Positions 17,826 to 28,171 of a DNA stretch of 64,000 nucleotides are shown piece by piece. This DNA comes from Nanobdellota archaeon (GTDB taxonomy: Archaea; Aenigmatarchaeota; Aenigmatarchaeia; QMZP01): contig JBDRJQ010000028.1 in the NCBI GenBank assembly GCA_043814765.1, positions 34,055 through 98,054 of the forward strand, read 5' to 3'. The translations under genes were made by a program, and so were the position numbers. The notes beneath the pieces are model-generated. The model had not been told where the DNA came from and ran no database searches. It worked only from the letters and a program-made list of their open reading frames with translations. Positions within the stretch are counted from its first letter, which is position 1. The number at the start of each line of letters is the position of its first letter.

Positions 17826-19628
17826 TTATCTCATCTCAGCTTTCTTCCAAACTTCTGCACGGCCCTTCTTTCTGGCTTCTGCAGACAGCAATCCCCATTC
17901 CTCTTCAGGCATTTCCAGCAAGTCTTTCATAGGTTCGTATGCATGATCGCGTATTATCTGCATCTGCCTCTGTACCATGCCTGATATCGGACCTTTCAAG
18001 CCAAAGAACTCCAGTGGCAGTTTTTCTGGTTCAACATCTTCTTCTAAATATTTTGCCATCATTCTTAAGGCCTCAACAGAGCGCTTGAACGGATCTTCTC
18101 CGCCACCGCGCTCAAACATTAGGAAAGCTGTTCCCTTTTTACCCAAGCCTGTTTTTCTCCAATGCCACAACAGTTCGTAAAGTTTTACATCACCCAACTC
18201 CACTGGCTCGTGCGGGTGCAAAGGATTTGGATGATTTGAATGCACTGATATGATGTATTCGCCAAAATCCGGTATTTCCTCTGCTGTTTCTTTTACTTCC
18301 AGCCATGCATCAAGTCCCTGTGAAGCTATATGTTCATGGTCTACAATTATAGCCACTTTATCGGTTTTTAGTGTTTTTCTTATAACTTTAACAGCAGCAT
18401 AGATTTGCCTCAATCTCCAAAGAATAAACATTCCTGCATGAGAAGGATCCCTGGCATCAGGATTTTCTATTGCTATTACAAGGTTTTTTGCTATATCCTG
18501 CAGTTCTTTGCCATCATCATGTTTTGCAAGCTCGTTTTTAAAATCACCACTCATCCAGTCAAAAAGTTTTTTAATATGGCCCTCAAGATATTTTGCACCG
18601 ACAACTGCATAGAAAAACTCTTTAAACTCCTTGTCGTTTTCTGTCTCTGCGCTTCTCCAAGCCCTTTCCAGCCATTCATTGTCGTTATAATCCAAACCAT
18701 ACCTGTTAAGAACATTCTTGTATAATTTAGCCATTTCTATCCACATAGGATCTTTATTGAAGAATAAATAATGAGCCATTATATGGAAACCTTCCATTGT
18801 TTCTGTTCCCCTGAAATCTTCTGAATCCCATGCTTCGCCTTTTATTAGTTTATCTCTTACTTCGTTGTCAAGAAGTGTTGATATTTCATCTGCTATTCTT
18901 TGAGCTTCAATTGACTGTATATTATTCTCTTTTTCTTTCAAATTATTAAACAGCTCTTCAAGCTGAAATCTAGCTTCTCCTGGTGTAATTTTGTCCTCCA
19001 TTTGCAGCTGGTTTATTCTTGCCTTTTCGGTTTCTTCTTCCCGGCGAAGATCCCGCTTCATTTGTTCAAGTTCTCTTTCAAGCAGATTTTGTTTCAAGTT
19101 AAGATTCTGTATGTCATCTGAAGACAGTATATTGCGTGTAAACCCGCCTTGTCTGAGTTTGAATTTTATAAACCACTCTCTAAGAGGTTCAGATTCACTT
19201 AATATATTGGAAATGAATTTGCCTTCGTGGTCTACAAAAGATGATGTCAACTTGCGTCCGGCGTAAGTCATCAGCTCCATCCATATGTTCAAACAAGCAT
19301 GGAAGTCTATGTATCCTGCGCCTGCATGAACAGCAGAACGAACTGATTTCTGCATTCTGTCTTGAGCATCTCTCCACTCTGTTCTTTCTGGTATGCAGAG
19401 AGGAACCATGAGATCTCCGTGAAGATTTAAATCCACTTTTTGTTTTTTTGCCATGTGGCGCATTTCTCTTCCATGGGTGTAAGGAATCTCATAGGCAACA
19501 TCTGCAGCTATCTCCATTGCAGACACTCCGCGGGTGATAACATAGCCAAGTTTTTTTATAGGTGTGGCTAGCTCTTCAGACCTTGCTGCAGTATAAATTC
19601 CCGAAGTTACGCCAACCCTTAATGGCAT
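17826..19628 (-). CDS. xylose-isomerase/AP-endonuclease-2-like TIM barrel with a large helical insertion
   Basis: LHGD, DFH, IAIEN, VDHEH, SVHSNH, FERGG candidate metal ligands. Confidence 0.7.
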   Translation of the reverse strand: MPLRVGVTSGIYTAARSEELATPIKKLGYVITRGVSAMEIAADVAYEIPYTHGREMRHMAKKQKVDLNLHGDLMVPLCIPERTEWRDAQDRMQKSVRSAVHAGAGYIDFHACLNIWMELMTYAGRKLTSSFVDHEGKFISNILSESEPLREWFIKFKLRQGGFTRNILSSDDIQNLNLKQNLLERELEQMKRDLRREEETEKARINQLQMEDKITPGEARFQLEELFNNLKEKENNIQSIEAQRIADEISTLLDNEVRDKLIKGEAWDSEDFRGTETMEGFHIMAHYLFFNKDPMWIEMAKLYKNVLNRYGLDYNDNEWLERAWRSAETENDKEFKEFFYAVVGAKYLEGHIKKLFDWMSGDFKNELAKHDDGKELQDIAKNLVIAIENPDARDPSHAGMFILWRLRQIYAAVKVIRKTLKTDKVAIIVDHEHIASQGLDAWLEVKETAEEIPDFGEYIISVHSNHPNPLHPHEPVELGDVKLYELLWHWRKTGLGKKGTAFLMFERGGGEDPFKRSVEALRMMAKYLEEDVEPEKLPLEFFGLKGPISGMVQRQMQIIRDHAYEPMKDLLEMPEEEWGLLSAEARKKGRAEVWKKAEMR

Positions 19629-19636
19629 ACAAACAC

Positions 19637-21181
19637 CTAAGTTGCTCCCATCAGACTTTTTATATGACCTAGCATTTCGCCAAAAGCGGATCCTGAATTG
19701 ACAAGATACACTTTTGTTATCCTTTCAGCGAAATTGCTTTCATACGGTCCTTTTTTAACAAAAAGGCCGCCGAATTTTTTCATGCCGCTTCCTGCTCCAG
19801 AAAATGGTTTCTTTTTTTCGGTTTTTTTTATTTTTTCCTTGCCTTCATACTCGCTTTCTAATCTTTCCCTTATCTCATCTTCAAGATTTTTTGATCCAAC
19901 AAGCTCTTCAACATATCTCTTGAAATGTTCATTGCGTGCATGAAGTTCTATAAGATGGCAAAGCAGAACATTCTGGGAAATCACCCAAGTTTCAAGTGGC
20001 CAGAACATTATGTTTTCCAGTTCGCCTCCTTCTGGCGGAGGAGTTTTTATTATGGTTCTTGCAATCTTCATGTCAAACATCTGGTAATAAAGATACCTCG
20101 GATCCATTCTTGTTTGAGACATCTCATATTGTTTTTTATCATGAAGACCTTCTGTTATAGCGTTATTCTTTATGTCTTCTACATCCTTATCAGTGATAGG
20201 CACTTTGTATTTTTCCGCTATTTTCTTTTTCCAGTATCTGACAAAATCATCATACGGATCTATCAACCACTTGCCCTTTTTCGGTACAAATTCTGGTTTG
20301 CCGGTTTCTTTGAGTTCAAACGGTTTCCATACCCACAAACGGACACCTGTAAAAGCAACAGCCTGAGAAAATCCTGGCGTCATTAGATAATCCTGACTAA
20401 ACACTTCTGGACGTGCTTCTGTGGCTTCCCTCATCATCCTGTATCTCGCAACATAAGGCTTCAGCCAGTTTTTGTATTCCTCAACCGATTTCTCGCGAGA
20501 TTTAACCATGTTTTCTATTCTGGCAAGCCTTTCCTTGACTGTTGGAAAGAACAGCTCTTTCCACTCAAGGTAAAGTTCATTTTTTGTCTTCAGCACAGTA
20601 GCCTCTGCCTGGCTCACATCAATCTCTTTTCTTATTTCATCTACAGTCTCTAGCTCCTTTCCTCCAAGCCGTATGAAGTCTGTTATTATCGTGGGCCATC
20701 TCTTTGTCATGGTAACCAATGAAAATCCTTCACCGGTATAAGCGTCAACCCTGTCAATGAAAAGAGAGCGAAGCACATGATCATCTTTCTTGCCTTTTTT
20801 GAAGTAATCCCAGATTTCTCTGTATCTTCTATGATCATGCTTTAAAAGTTCAAAATCTGCAACAGCCTGAGCAGCTGATGCTAAACCAGTTTTAATAGCT
20901 CCTTCCAGCTTCTGCTTCTGGGCAATTGTGAGATTGTAAGTATCCACATGAGTTGGCGATACTTCCATATACTCATCAACCTTTACAACATTGTAATCTT
21001 GCTTGGGCAACCAGAAAACCAACCCATAGTAAAGGTTTGATGCGCCACCCATTTTAGTTGTGTAGTCTATTGTTATTCCCTGATTCTCAGGCCTTATTGA
21101 CATGGCAGTACCTAGAAGGTCAAAGGGTTTAGTTCTAGTTTTATCATGAAGTTCATCCATCACTGTTTTTTCCCAAACCAT
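19637..21181 (-). CDS. hypothetical protein with coiled-coil segments
   Basis: 514-aa ORF co-oriented in a tight operon. Confidence 0.75.
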   Translation of the reverse strand: MVWEKTVMDELHDKTRTKPFDLLGTAMSIRPENQGITIDYTTKMGGASNLYYGLVFWLPKQDYNVVKVDEYMEVSPTHVDTYNLTIAQKQKLEGAIKTGLASAAQAVADFELLKHDHRRYREIWDYFKKGKKDDHVLRSLFIDRVDAYTGEGFSLVTMTKRWPTIITDFIRLGGKELETVDEIRKEIDVSQAEATVLKTKNELYLEWKELFFPTVKERLARIENMVKSREKSVEEYKNWLKPYVARYRMMREATEARPEVFSQDYLMTPGFSQAVAFTGVRLWVWKPFELKETGKPEFVPKKGKWLIDPYDDFVRYWKKKIAEKYKVPITDKDVEDIKNNAITEGLHDKKQYEMSQTRMDPRYLYYQMFDMKIARTIIKTPPPEGGELENIMFWPLETWVISQNVLLCHLIELHARNEHFKRYVEELVGSKNLEDEIRERLESEYEGKEKIKKTEKKKPFSGAGSGMKKFGGLFVKKGPYESNFAERITKVYLVNSGSAFGEMLGHIKSLMGAT

Positions 21182-21185
21182 GCTA

Positions 21186-21359
21186 TCATCCTATGAATAT
21201 TAAAATTGCACCCAATATTGCGAATATAAATCCTAAAACAACTCCTACTGTAGCCATTTCCTTTGTTTGGTAATCTAATGCACCAGGAAAAAAGAAAATC
21301 ATGTATCCTCCCAAAACCAGTAATATTGCACCTATTAACAAACCAAGCCAACCAAACAT
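21186..21359 (-). CDS. small two-TM protein (57 aa, absent from ORF track)
   Basis: MFGWLGLLIGAILLVLGGYMIFFFPGALDYQTKEMATVGVVLGFIFAILGAILIFIG; stop 4 nt before the next start. Confidence 0.7.
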   Translation of the reverse strand: MFGWLGLLIGAILLVLGGYMIFFFPGALDYQTKEMATVGVVLGFIFAILGAILIFIG

Positions 21360-21417
21360 ATTAATTAATATTATGTCTGCTTAATTATATAATATATTGA
21401 TTTAGGAGAATGTTATC

Positions 21418-21933
21418 ATGGTCTTTGCAAGAACCAAACTAATGCTACAAGATAATTGCTTCGATAAGGAGCCTGGAGAACTAGAGTTAAATTATGTCGG
21501 ACCCAATCCGCAAAAACTCTACAAAACTATGTTCGACGTAGCAAAAACCGTTTTTATGGTTCCAGACAGCGATTTGCAAGAAGAAAGATTCACATGGGGT
21601 AAAAAAGAAACAGAAAAATTCAAGTCAAGATTATGGGTTAACAAGGATGTGGATAAATTTACTCATATGTTTGTTAGACTAGATTTTTCTGGGCAGGGAA
21701 CAGAAAAAACCGGTAATGCAACAATAAGGATAAAACCTGTCATTAGAACAGAGTATCCGCAAGATACTGTCTGGCAGAGATCTATTTTTTATGAACTCAT
21801 TAGAACGCTTTGGCACAACGTGTTTTATCATCAGAAAAGAGCAGATTACACAGAAGAGTGCAGACACTATACCTTTTTATTTCAGAAAAAAATGCAGCAG
21901 GCGTTCAAGAAATTAAAAGAGCAGTATGGATAA
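21418..21933 (+). CDS. hypothetical protein (paralogue of 21945..22451)
   Basis: DNCF...YVGPNP...RTEY...LW..FY...R..Y...CR pattern shared with the next gene. Confidence 0.75.
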   Translation: MVFARTKLMLQDNCFDKEPGELELNYVGPNPQKLYKTMFDVAKTVFMVPDSDLQEERFTWGKKETEKFKSRLWVNKDVDKFTHMFVRLDFSGQGTEKTGNATIRIKPVIRTEYPQDTVWQRSIFYELIRTLWHNVFYHQKRADYTEECRHYTFLFQKKMQQAFKKLKEQYG

Positions 21934-21944
21934 TTGGTGATGTA

Positions 21945-22451
21945 ATGGGAAAGATTGAGATTGTTGATGATTGCCTAGCTCCTTCCAGATATATCTATAT
22001 GCAGTACACTGGTACTGATCCATACGGTGTTGCTAAAAAAATAGCTGACTCTTTAACAGAGTTTTATCAAATAAGCGGAGCAGGCATGTGCCAAACATAT
22101 TTTATGTGGGATGACTCTTCTGATCCTAGGGGATTTTATTTCAGATGGTGGGTCAAAAAATCTATTGGTGGAAGATTTTCAACAATGTGGAATTATATCT
22201 GGGTTAGGGGTGAAGTATCAAAAGAAGACAACCAGGGTCATTTCACTTTGAGAATCCATGGTGATCTGAGAACTACCTTTGAAGGGCATGGACCAATTTT
22301 AAATACGTTGTGGCATCTTTATAGTTTTTTCTTCTACAATAAAGTGCGCAGGAAATACATAGATTTTTGCAGAAAAACTGCATTGGATTTTAGAAATGAG
22401 ATGAGAGAGCACTATAACCTTGAAATAGCTATTGAGCATGGTGAGCGTTAA
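21945..22451 (+). CDS. hypothetical protein (paralogue of 21418..21933)
   Basis: Start MGKIEIVDDC after a GGTGA SD; DDCL...YTGTDP...RTTF...LW...FY...RRKY...CR. Confidence 0.75.
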   Translation: MGKIEIVDDCLAPSRYIYMQYTGTDPYGVAKKIADSLTEFYQISGAGMCQTYFMWDDSSDPRGFYFRWWVKKSIGGRFSTMWNYIWVRGEVSKEDNQGHFTLRIHGDLRTTFEGHGPILNTLWHLYSFFFYNKVRRKYIDFCRKTALDFRNEMREHYNLEIAIEHGER

Positions 22452-24242
22452 TTAGCCGACATAAAAGTATTGGCCATTTCTTTTTTGTTCGGTATCTTTT
22501 TGTGAATCAGGTTTATTGGCTCGAGGCCTACCGGTTACTGGATCACGCCTATAAGTGATACCAAGATCTTTGAGTAATTGGTTCATGCCTGAAGCTAGTT
22601 TGCATGGTTCATTGCCTGTTCCTTTAACACCTCTATTGCCTTCAAAAACCATTAACCTGTCTGAAACAGCATCAATGAATTGCAAATCATGATCGACAAT
22701 AAAACATGATATTTCTTTATTTTCAGCGTAACTGCGTAGTATTTTTGCTACATTCAATCTCTGTTCTACATCAAGGAAAGCAGAAGGTTCGTCCAAAAGC
22801 AATAGGTCTGCGTCTCGTGAAAGAGCGCATGCTACAAAAACGCTCTGAAGCTCTCCACCAGAAAGCGAGTTTATATTGCGCTCCATTAGCTTCTCAACAC
22901 CCAAATCAAAAAGAATTTTTTTGTTTTCCTGTGATAATTTGACTTCTTCGTGTCTTACAAACTCTAAAACAGACATTGTTTTTTCTTCCTTGGATAAAAT
23001 TATTCGCTGTGGTTTGTAGGATATTTTTAGTTTTTTAGGAGCTTCACCAATATCAGGTTTAAGTTCTCCAGCCAGCATTTTAATGAACGTGGTTTTTCCT
23101 ATGCCGTTTGGACCAACAATGCCTATTATTTCACCAGAATAAAGGTTTCCTTTCCTTGTCTCTAAAGAGAAGCCTGTGAACTTTTTCTCAAAAGCAGGAT
23201 ATTCTAAAAATATTTTATTCTTATCCATGCTTTTTGCTCTTTTAGCAAAAACAATCGGCTCTTTTCTGAAGCGCATGTTCTCTTCTCTGATATACCCTTC
23301 AAGATACGTGTTTATGCCAACACGCACACCGTAAGGGTTTGAAACAACGCCGAAAACACCGGGGTTACCATACAGTATGTGAGTGTAATCTGCCAGATAA
23401 TCAGCAACAGCAAGATCATGCTCTACAACCATAACAAAGGCTTTTTCTGATAAGGAACGAATCTCTTTTGCTACTAGAAGTCTTTCGTATGCATCTAGAT
23501 AGCTTGATGGCTCATCAAAAAAATAAAAATCTGCATCCTTGGATATTGTTGCTATTATAGATAGCAGCTGCAGTTCACCGCCAGACAACTTGTCTATGTT
23601 CTTGTTTATGATGTTTTCTGCGTTTAATCTCTTTAAAATACCAGCCAGTTTTTTCTTATTGTCAATTTTTTCCAATAACTGCTTTACAGAACCTTTCCAC
23701 ATATTTGGAATCAAATCTATTTTCTGCGGCTTGTAAGCTGCTTTGATTTTTTTCTGCGAGAGTCTTTCCAAGTAATCATGTAATTCTGTTCCCTTGAATT
23801 TATTTATTATATCTTGCCATGGAACTTCTCCCTTGAAAACACCTGTATTGGGCTTGAAGTTTCCAGACAGTATATTCATGACAGTGGACTTGCCAACACC
23901 ATTTGGTCCGACAAGACCAACCACTGCGTTGAGTTTCGGAACAGGTAATCGATAGAGTGTGAACATGTTTTTTCCGTACCTATGTATTGGCGTCTCTTTT
24001 AGCTGTTCTGGCAAGTTGACAATAACAATTGCGTTTTTAGGGCACTTTTTTGTACATATCTGGCAGGCAATGCAAAGATTCTCGTCAATAAGTGGCTTTT
24101 TGTCAGCATCCAAAACAGTTATGCAATCTTCTCCAGACCGGTTTATAGGGCAGACCTTTTGGCACAAGTAGAATCCACAAGCCTTGGGGCTGCATAAATC
24201 TCTGTCCAGAACTGCAATTCTTTTTACTCTTTTATTCACCAT
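22452..24242 (-). CDS. rli1: ABCE1/Rli1 ribosome recycling ATPase
   Basis: N-terminal Fe-S cysteines, two ABC domains (GPNGVGKS, GPNGIGKT, LSGGELQ), RRDP.TGRPRANK. Confidence 0.97.
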   Translation of the reverse strand: MVNKRVKRIAVLDRDLCSPKACGFYLCQKVCPINRSGEDCITVLDADKKPLIDENLCIACQICTKKCPKNAIVIVNLPEQLKETPIHRYGKNMFTLYRLPVPKLNAVVGLVGPNGVGKSTVMNILSGNFKPNTGVFKGEVPWQDIINKFKGTELHDYLERLSQKKIKAAYKPQKIDLIPNMWKGSVKQLLEKIDNKKKLAGILKRLNAENIINKNIDKLSGGELQLLSIIATISKDADFYFFDEPSSYLDAYERLLVAKEIRSLSEKAFVMVVEHDLAVADYLADYTHILYGNPGVFGVVSNPYGVRVGINTYLEGYIREENMRFRKEPIVFAKRAKSMDKNKIFLEYPAFEKKFTGFSLETRKGNLYSGEIIGIVGPNGIGKTTFIKMLAGELKPDIGEAPKKLKISYKPQRIILSKEEKTMSVLEFVRHEEVKLSQENKKILFDLGVEKLMERNINSLSGGELQSVFVACALSRDADLLLLDEPSAFLDVEQRLNVAKILRSYAENKEISCFIVDHDLQFIDAVSDRLMVFEGNRGVKGTGNEPCKLASGMNQLLKDLGITYRRDPVTGRPRANKPDSQKDTEQKRNGQYFYVG

Positions 24243-24563
24243 AATAAAGTTATTGTATTGTTTGTTTTTAAGCTCTATATATCCCTATAGATTGACATAA
24301 ACAAAAACAATGTGTCAGGAGTTTTTTCTGGTGTCGGTTCAGAAGTAGTTGTTTTGGATTCTGTTTCTGTCATTTTCGTTTTTTCCTTTATTTTCTAATG
24401 AAATGATATTGTGTTCTAATCCACTAACAATGTTACGCTATATTAAGCATAAAACGCAACTCATTGTAATATTCTATCAGTATGAAACTATTCGTTAATA
24501 CCTGTTATGCTAATGTTTAAAAGCTTATCTTTATAAGGAAATTGAGACAAATATCTAAGTAGT

Positions 24564-25367
24564 ATGAAAACAGATCACGGCAAGTTACTAAAGGATTCAT
24601 TAAAATTTGCAGTAAAACCAGAGAGATGGCTACCTTTTTTTATAACAGATTTCTTGGCTTGCACAGTAGCTCTATTTTACATCCTGTTCAATGCTCCTGC
24701 AATCGTAAGCTTGATGAATTCAACAAATGGAATGGCAGTGCTTGGAGGACTAGTGCAGTCTGGTTTGGTTTTATTCACGGTTTTCATTGTATGGATTTTA
24801 ATAAGATTATGGTTGCAAACATCAGTAGTTCATCAAAGCTACAAAGAAAAACAATATAATCAAAGCTTCAAAATTGGTTACAAAAAACTGCCTTCTGTGT
24901 TGGCAGCAGTAATAATTATAGGGTTTATAGGAACACTGGTCAGCGTTATACCTTTCTTTGGCGTCATACTGGCTATATTGGTAGGGATAATGTTTTTCTT
25001 TGCAATGCAAGCAATTGTTGTTGGAAACTATGGATTTTATGACGCAATGATGAAGTCATATAAAATATTCAGAAAGAAGCCGTTTGAAGTTATAGTTGCA
25101 TGGTTTATAATAAGTCTGGTAAGCTTCTTTATTACAACAGCATTTGCTATACCAATTTCAACACTTTTCATCAATGTGCTTATTTCAATGGTTTCCCAGT
25201 CAGGCTCTATGGTATCCGGTGCTCTATTGTCTTCATATGTAGTTAATCTGGTACAGGCGTACCTTCCTGTTGTAATAATAACAGGCATAGTAGCTCTAAT
25301 AGGTTTTGCCATAGCAAACGTTTTCTCATTAAAAGCCCAAACAGAGTATTATCTTAAAATGAAATAA
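24564..25367 (+). CDS. polytopic membrane protein
   Basis: About six TM segments. Confidence 0.75.
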   Translation: MKTDHGKLLKDSLKFAVKPERWLPFFITDFLACTVALFYILFNAPAIVSLMNSTNGMAVLGGLVQSGLVLFTVFIVWILIRLWLQTSVVHQSYKEKQYNQSFKIGYKKLPSVLAAVIIIGFIGTLVSVIPFFGVILAILVGIMFFFAMQAIVVGNYGFYDAMMKSYKIFRKKPFEVIVAWFIISLVSFFITTAFAIPISTLFINVLISMVSQSGSMVSGALLSSYVVNLVQAYLPVVIITGIVALIGFAIANVFSLKAQTEYYLKMK

Positions 25368-25424
25368 AATCTCGGCCAGGATGCTGAACATTAATTATAT
25401 TAACCTGTTTTACAAGTTTTAACC

Positions 25425-26612
25425 ATGTTAATCGGTATAGTCGGTAAGTCAAACACAGGAAAAACGACTTTCTTTAGCGCTGCTACGCTAGTTGATGCAG
25501 AAATAAGCAACAGGATATTCACAACTATAAAGCCAAACAGGGGTGTTAGCTATGCAAGAATCGATTGCGTGTGCAAGAATTTGGGAGTTACTTGCGATGC
25601 AAAAAACTCTAAGTGCATAGATAATGTGCGCTTCATACCAATAAAAATGGTTGACATTGCTGGTCTTGTACCAGGTGCTCATGAAGGAAAGGGTCTTGGA
25701 AACCAGTTTTTATCTGACATAATGGAAGCAGACGCTTTAATACATGTTGTAGACATATCAGGCAGCACAGACAAAGAAGGCAATCCAATAGAACCTGGAA
25801 GCTTTGATCCTTTGGATGACATTAGATTTTTACCGAAAGAAATATGTTACTGGATTCTTGGCATACTAAAAAAGAACTGGGACACCATATGCAAAAGAGT
25901 CAAGGCAACAAAAGAGAATTTACATGAAGCTATATACAACCAGTTTTCAGGATTAAAAATTAATCCAGAAGATGTAAAGAATATTGTTAAAAAAACCGGT
26001 TTAAGTGCAATATCGTCTGATGAAAAAATAATAGAGTTTATTACTGAGTTATTAGATAAAAGCAAACCCATAGCGATAGCAGCCAACAAGATAGATATTG
26101 AAACGGCTGAAAAAAACATAGAAAGAGCCAAGAGTGAGGGATTTGATGTTATTCCATGCTCAGCAGAAACTGAATTAACACTCAGACGAGCAGAAAAAAA
26201 AGGGTTAATAAAATACAAACCCGGCGCAAATTATTTTGATATAATTTCTGATGACATGGATGAAAAACAAAAGGAAGCTTTGGATTTCCTGCGCAACAGA
26301 GTTATTAGAAAGTATGGTTCAACTGGCGTGCAGAAAACAATAAACAAAACAGTTTTTGATGTTCTGAATTACATAGTAGTTTATCCAGTAAGCAATATTA
26401 ACAGCTTAACTGACAAATCTGGTAATGTTTTGCCTGATGTGCATCTAGTTCCCAAAGGAACAAAGCTAAAGGATTTTGCTGGCATGATACATACTGACAT
26501 AAAAGAAAAATTCATAGGCGGATTAAAACATGACGGCGATAAAACGCCACGCATAGGTGCTGACTATGAACTGCAAAACAATGATATTGTTGAAATTCTA
26601 ACTGGTAAATAA
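25425..26612 (+). CDS. ychF: Obg-family YchF-related GTPase/ATPase with TGS domain
   Basis: GKSNTGKTT, FTTI.PN, DIAGLVPGAHEGKGLGNQFL, ANKID, IHTD. Confidence 0.92.
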   Translation: MLIGIVGKSNTGKTTFFSAATLVDAEISNRIFTTIKPNRGVSYARIDCVCKNLGVTCDAKNSKCIDNVRFIPIKMVDIAGLVPGAHEGKGLGNQFLSDIMEADALIHVVDISGSTDKEGNPIEPGSFDPLDDIRFLPKEICYWILGILKKNWDTICKRVKATKENLHEAIYNQFSGLKINPEDVKNIVKKTGLSAISSDEKIIEFITELLDKSKPIAIAANKIDIETAEKNIERAKSEGFDVIPCSAETELTLRRAEKKGLIKYKPGANYFDIISDDMDEKQKEALDFLRNRVIRKYGSTGVQKTINKTVFDVLNYIVVYPVSNINSLTDKSGNVLPDVHLVPKGTKLKDFAGMIHTDIKEKFIGGLKHDGDKTPRIGADYELQNNDIVEILTGK

Positions 26613-26644
26613 ATGCTTATAAGTTAGTTCTTCAAAGGTAATGT

Positions 26645-27376
26645 ATGCTCTACTTAATAGGTATTGGGCTTTGGAACGAGAAAGATATCTCATTGAGGGG
26701 TGTTGATGCTTGCAAAAAATGCGAGTATGTTTATGCAGAGCTATACACTGCAAAATGGGGCGGAAACATTGAAATACTAGGGAAGATTGTAGGGAAAAAT
26801 ATCACAATTATTAACAGACGAGATTTGGAAGAAAAATCTAAGGACATAATAGAAAAGGCCAGGGAAAGGGATATTGCTGTCCTTATGCCTGGTGATCCGC
26901 TTTTTGCAACAACTCATATAAAATTATTACAAGAAGCAAAAGAAAAAAATATAAAAACGGAAGTTATTCACTCTTCATCAATTTATACTGCTGTAGCAGA
27001 ATCGGGTTTGAATGTATACAATTTTGGAAAAACGGTTAGCATTCCTTCTCCTGAAGAAAATTTCCAACCGATTTCTTATTATGAAGAAATTGCTAAAAAC
27101 AAAGCTGCAGGACTGCACACTCTTATACTTCTTGACATAGAAATGACTGTACAAGACGCTATGAAGATTCTTTTTGAGATAGAGGATGAGAAAAAGAAAA
27201 AGGTTATCAAAGAAGACAATAAAATAGTTGTTGTTTCGAGACTTGGTTCAAAAAACAGAATAATAAAATACGATACGGCTAGTGCCATATCAAAAGAGAG
27301 CATACCAGCTCCTGCTGCCATAATAATACCAAGCAAATTGCATTTTATAGAAGAAGAGTTCCTGGAAAAGCTTTAG
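26645..27376 (+). CDS. dph5: diphthine synthase
   Basis: LYLIGIGL, ELYT, GDPLFATTH, YNFGKTVSIP, GLHTLILLDI. Confidence 0.96.
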   Translation: MLYLIGIGLWNEKDISLRGVDACKKCEYVYAELYTAKWGGNIEILGKIVGKNITIINRRDLEEKSKDIIEKARERDIAVLMPGDPLFATTHIKLLQEAKEKNIKTEVIHSSSIYTAVAESGLNVYNFGKTVSIPSPEENFQPISYYEEIAKNKAAGLHTLILLDIEMTVQDAMKILFEIEDEKKKKVIKEDNKIVVVSRLGSKNRIIKYDTASAISKESIPAPAAIIIPSKLHFIEEEFLEKL

Positions 27377-27387
27377 CTTTGTTTTAA

Positions 27388-27573
27388 CTATTCTTTGCTT
27401 CTTCCGGTTTCCTTTCTGTATGTTTCTGTCCATTTTATGTGTTTGCCTTGTCTGCCTTTAGTCCAGTTTTTTTCGCATTTTGATCCGCAAAAATAGAAAA
27501 TCTTGCCATCGTTCTTTACGAACATTTTTCCTTTACCTTCAGGAGTTTGTTCTCCACAAAAATTACATTTCAT
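27388..27573 (-). CDS. rpl24e: 50S ribosomal protein L24e
   Basis: CNFCG...GKGKMFVKNDG...FC.SKCEKN. Confidence 0.96.
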   Translation of the reverse strand: MKCNFCGEQTPEGKGKMFVKNDGKIFYFCGSKCEKNWTKGRQGKHIKWTETYRKETGRSKE

Positions 27574-27582
27574 AAAATACCT

Positions 27583-27783
27583 TTACCTGTTCTGGAATCT
27601 GCCCTCAGCATCCATCGTGGTGTCCTTTAACAGCAGTATGTCGCCGACTCTTATAGGGCCCATAACATTTCTTGTCACTATCTTGCCTTTATCATAACCG
27701 TCAAGAACGCGACACCTAACTCTGCTAACTCCTTTAACACCCATTCTTCCCATGATTTCTGTGACCTCTGCTGATGTAGTCAT
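27583..27783 (-). CDS. rps28e: 30S ribosomal protein S28e
   Basis: [13 protein letters not shown]. Confidence 0.96.
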   Translation of the reverse strand: MTTSAEVTEIMGRMGVKGVSRVRCRVLDGYDKGKIVTRNVMGPIRVGDILLLKDTTMDAEGRFQNR

Positions 27784-27789
27784 ATTATA

Positions 27790-28152
27790 TCACTTCTTCA
27801 GTGCCTTTATTTTTGAAGCAATGTCAGCAACGATTTTTTTTGCGTCACCTTCTTCAACAACTGCTATTGAAGATGTTGGCACGTCAATACCAGCGGATTT
27901 TCCCAGTTCAATTTTTGAAGGCACAAATGCGTATGGAACTTGCTTCTCTTCACAAAGTACAGGAATGTGCATCAAAACCTCTTCAGGCGTGACATCCTCT
28001 GCCATTACAACTAGTTTAGCTGTTCCTCTTTCTATTGCTTTTGTAGCCTCGTTTACTCCCTTTCTTATTTTGCCGCTAGCCTTTGCTACGCTTATTGCTT
28101 CATAAACCTTACTAACAAGGTCCTTTGGCATCTCGAATTTTGCTATCGCCAT
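27790..28152 (-). CDS. rpl7ae: 50S ribosomal protein L7Ae
   Basis: KGVNEATKAIERG...AEDVTPEEV...LCEEK.VPY. Confidence 0.97.
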   Translation of the reverse strand: MAIAKFEMPKDLVSKVYEAISVAKASGKIRKGVNEATKAIERGTAKLVVMAEDVTPEEVLMHIPVLCEEKQVPYAFVPSKIELGKSAGIDVPTSSIAVVEEGDAKKIVADIASKIKALKK

Positions 28153-28171
28153 ATCATCCCTCCGTTAACAT

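Noticed and set aside
21160..21351. 63-aa ORF in the track
   Set aside because: Another frame (21186..21359) gives a clean two-TM protein with proper spacing
21810..21944. Upstream extension of ORF 21810..22451
   Set aside because: Overlaps the previous gene; SD and paralogy place the start at 21945
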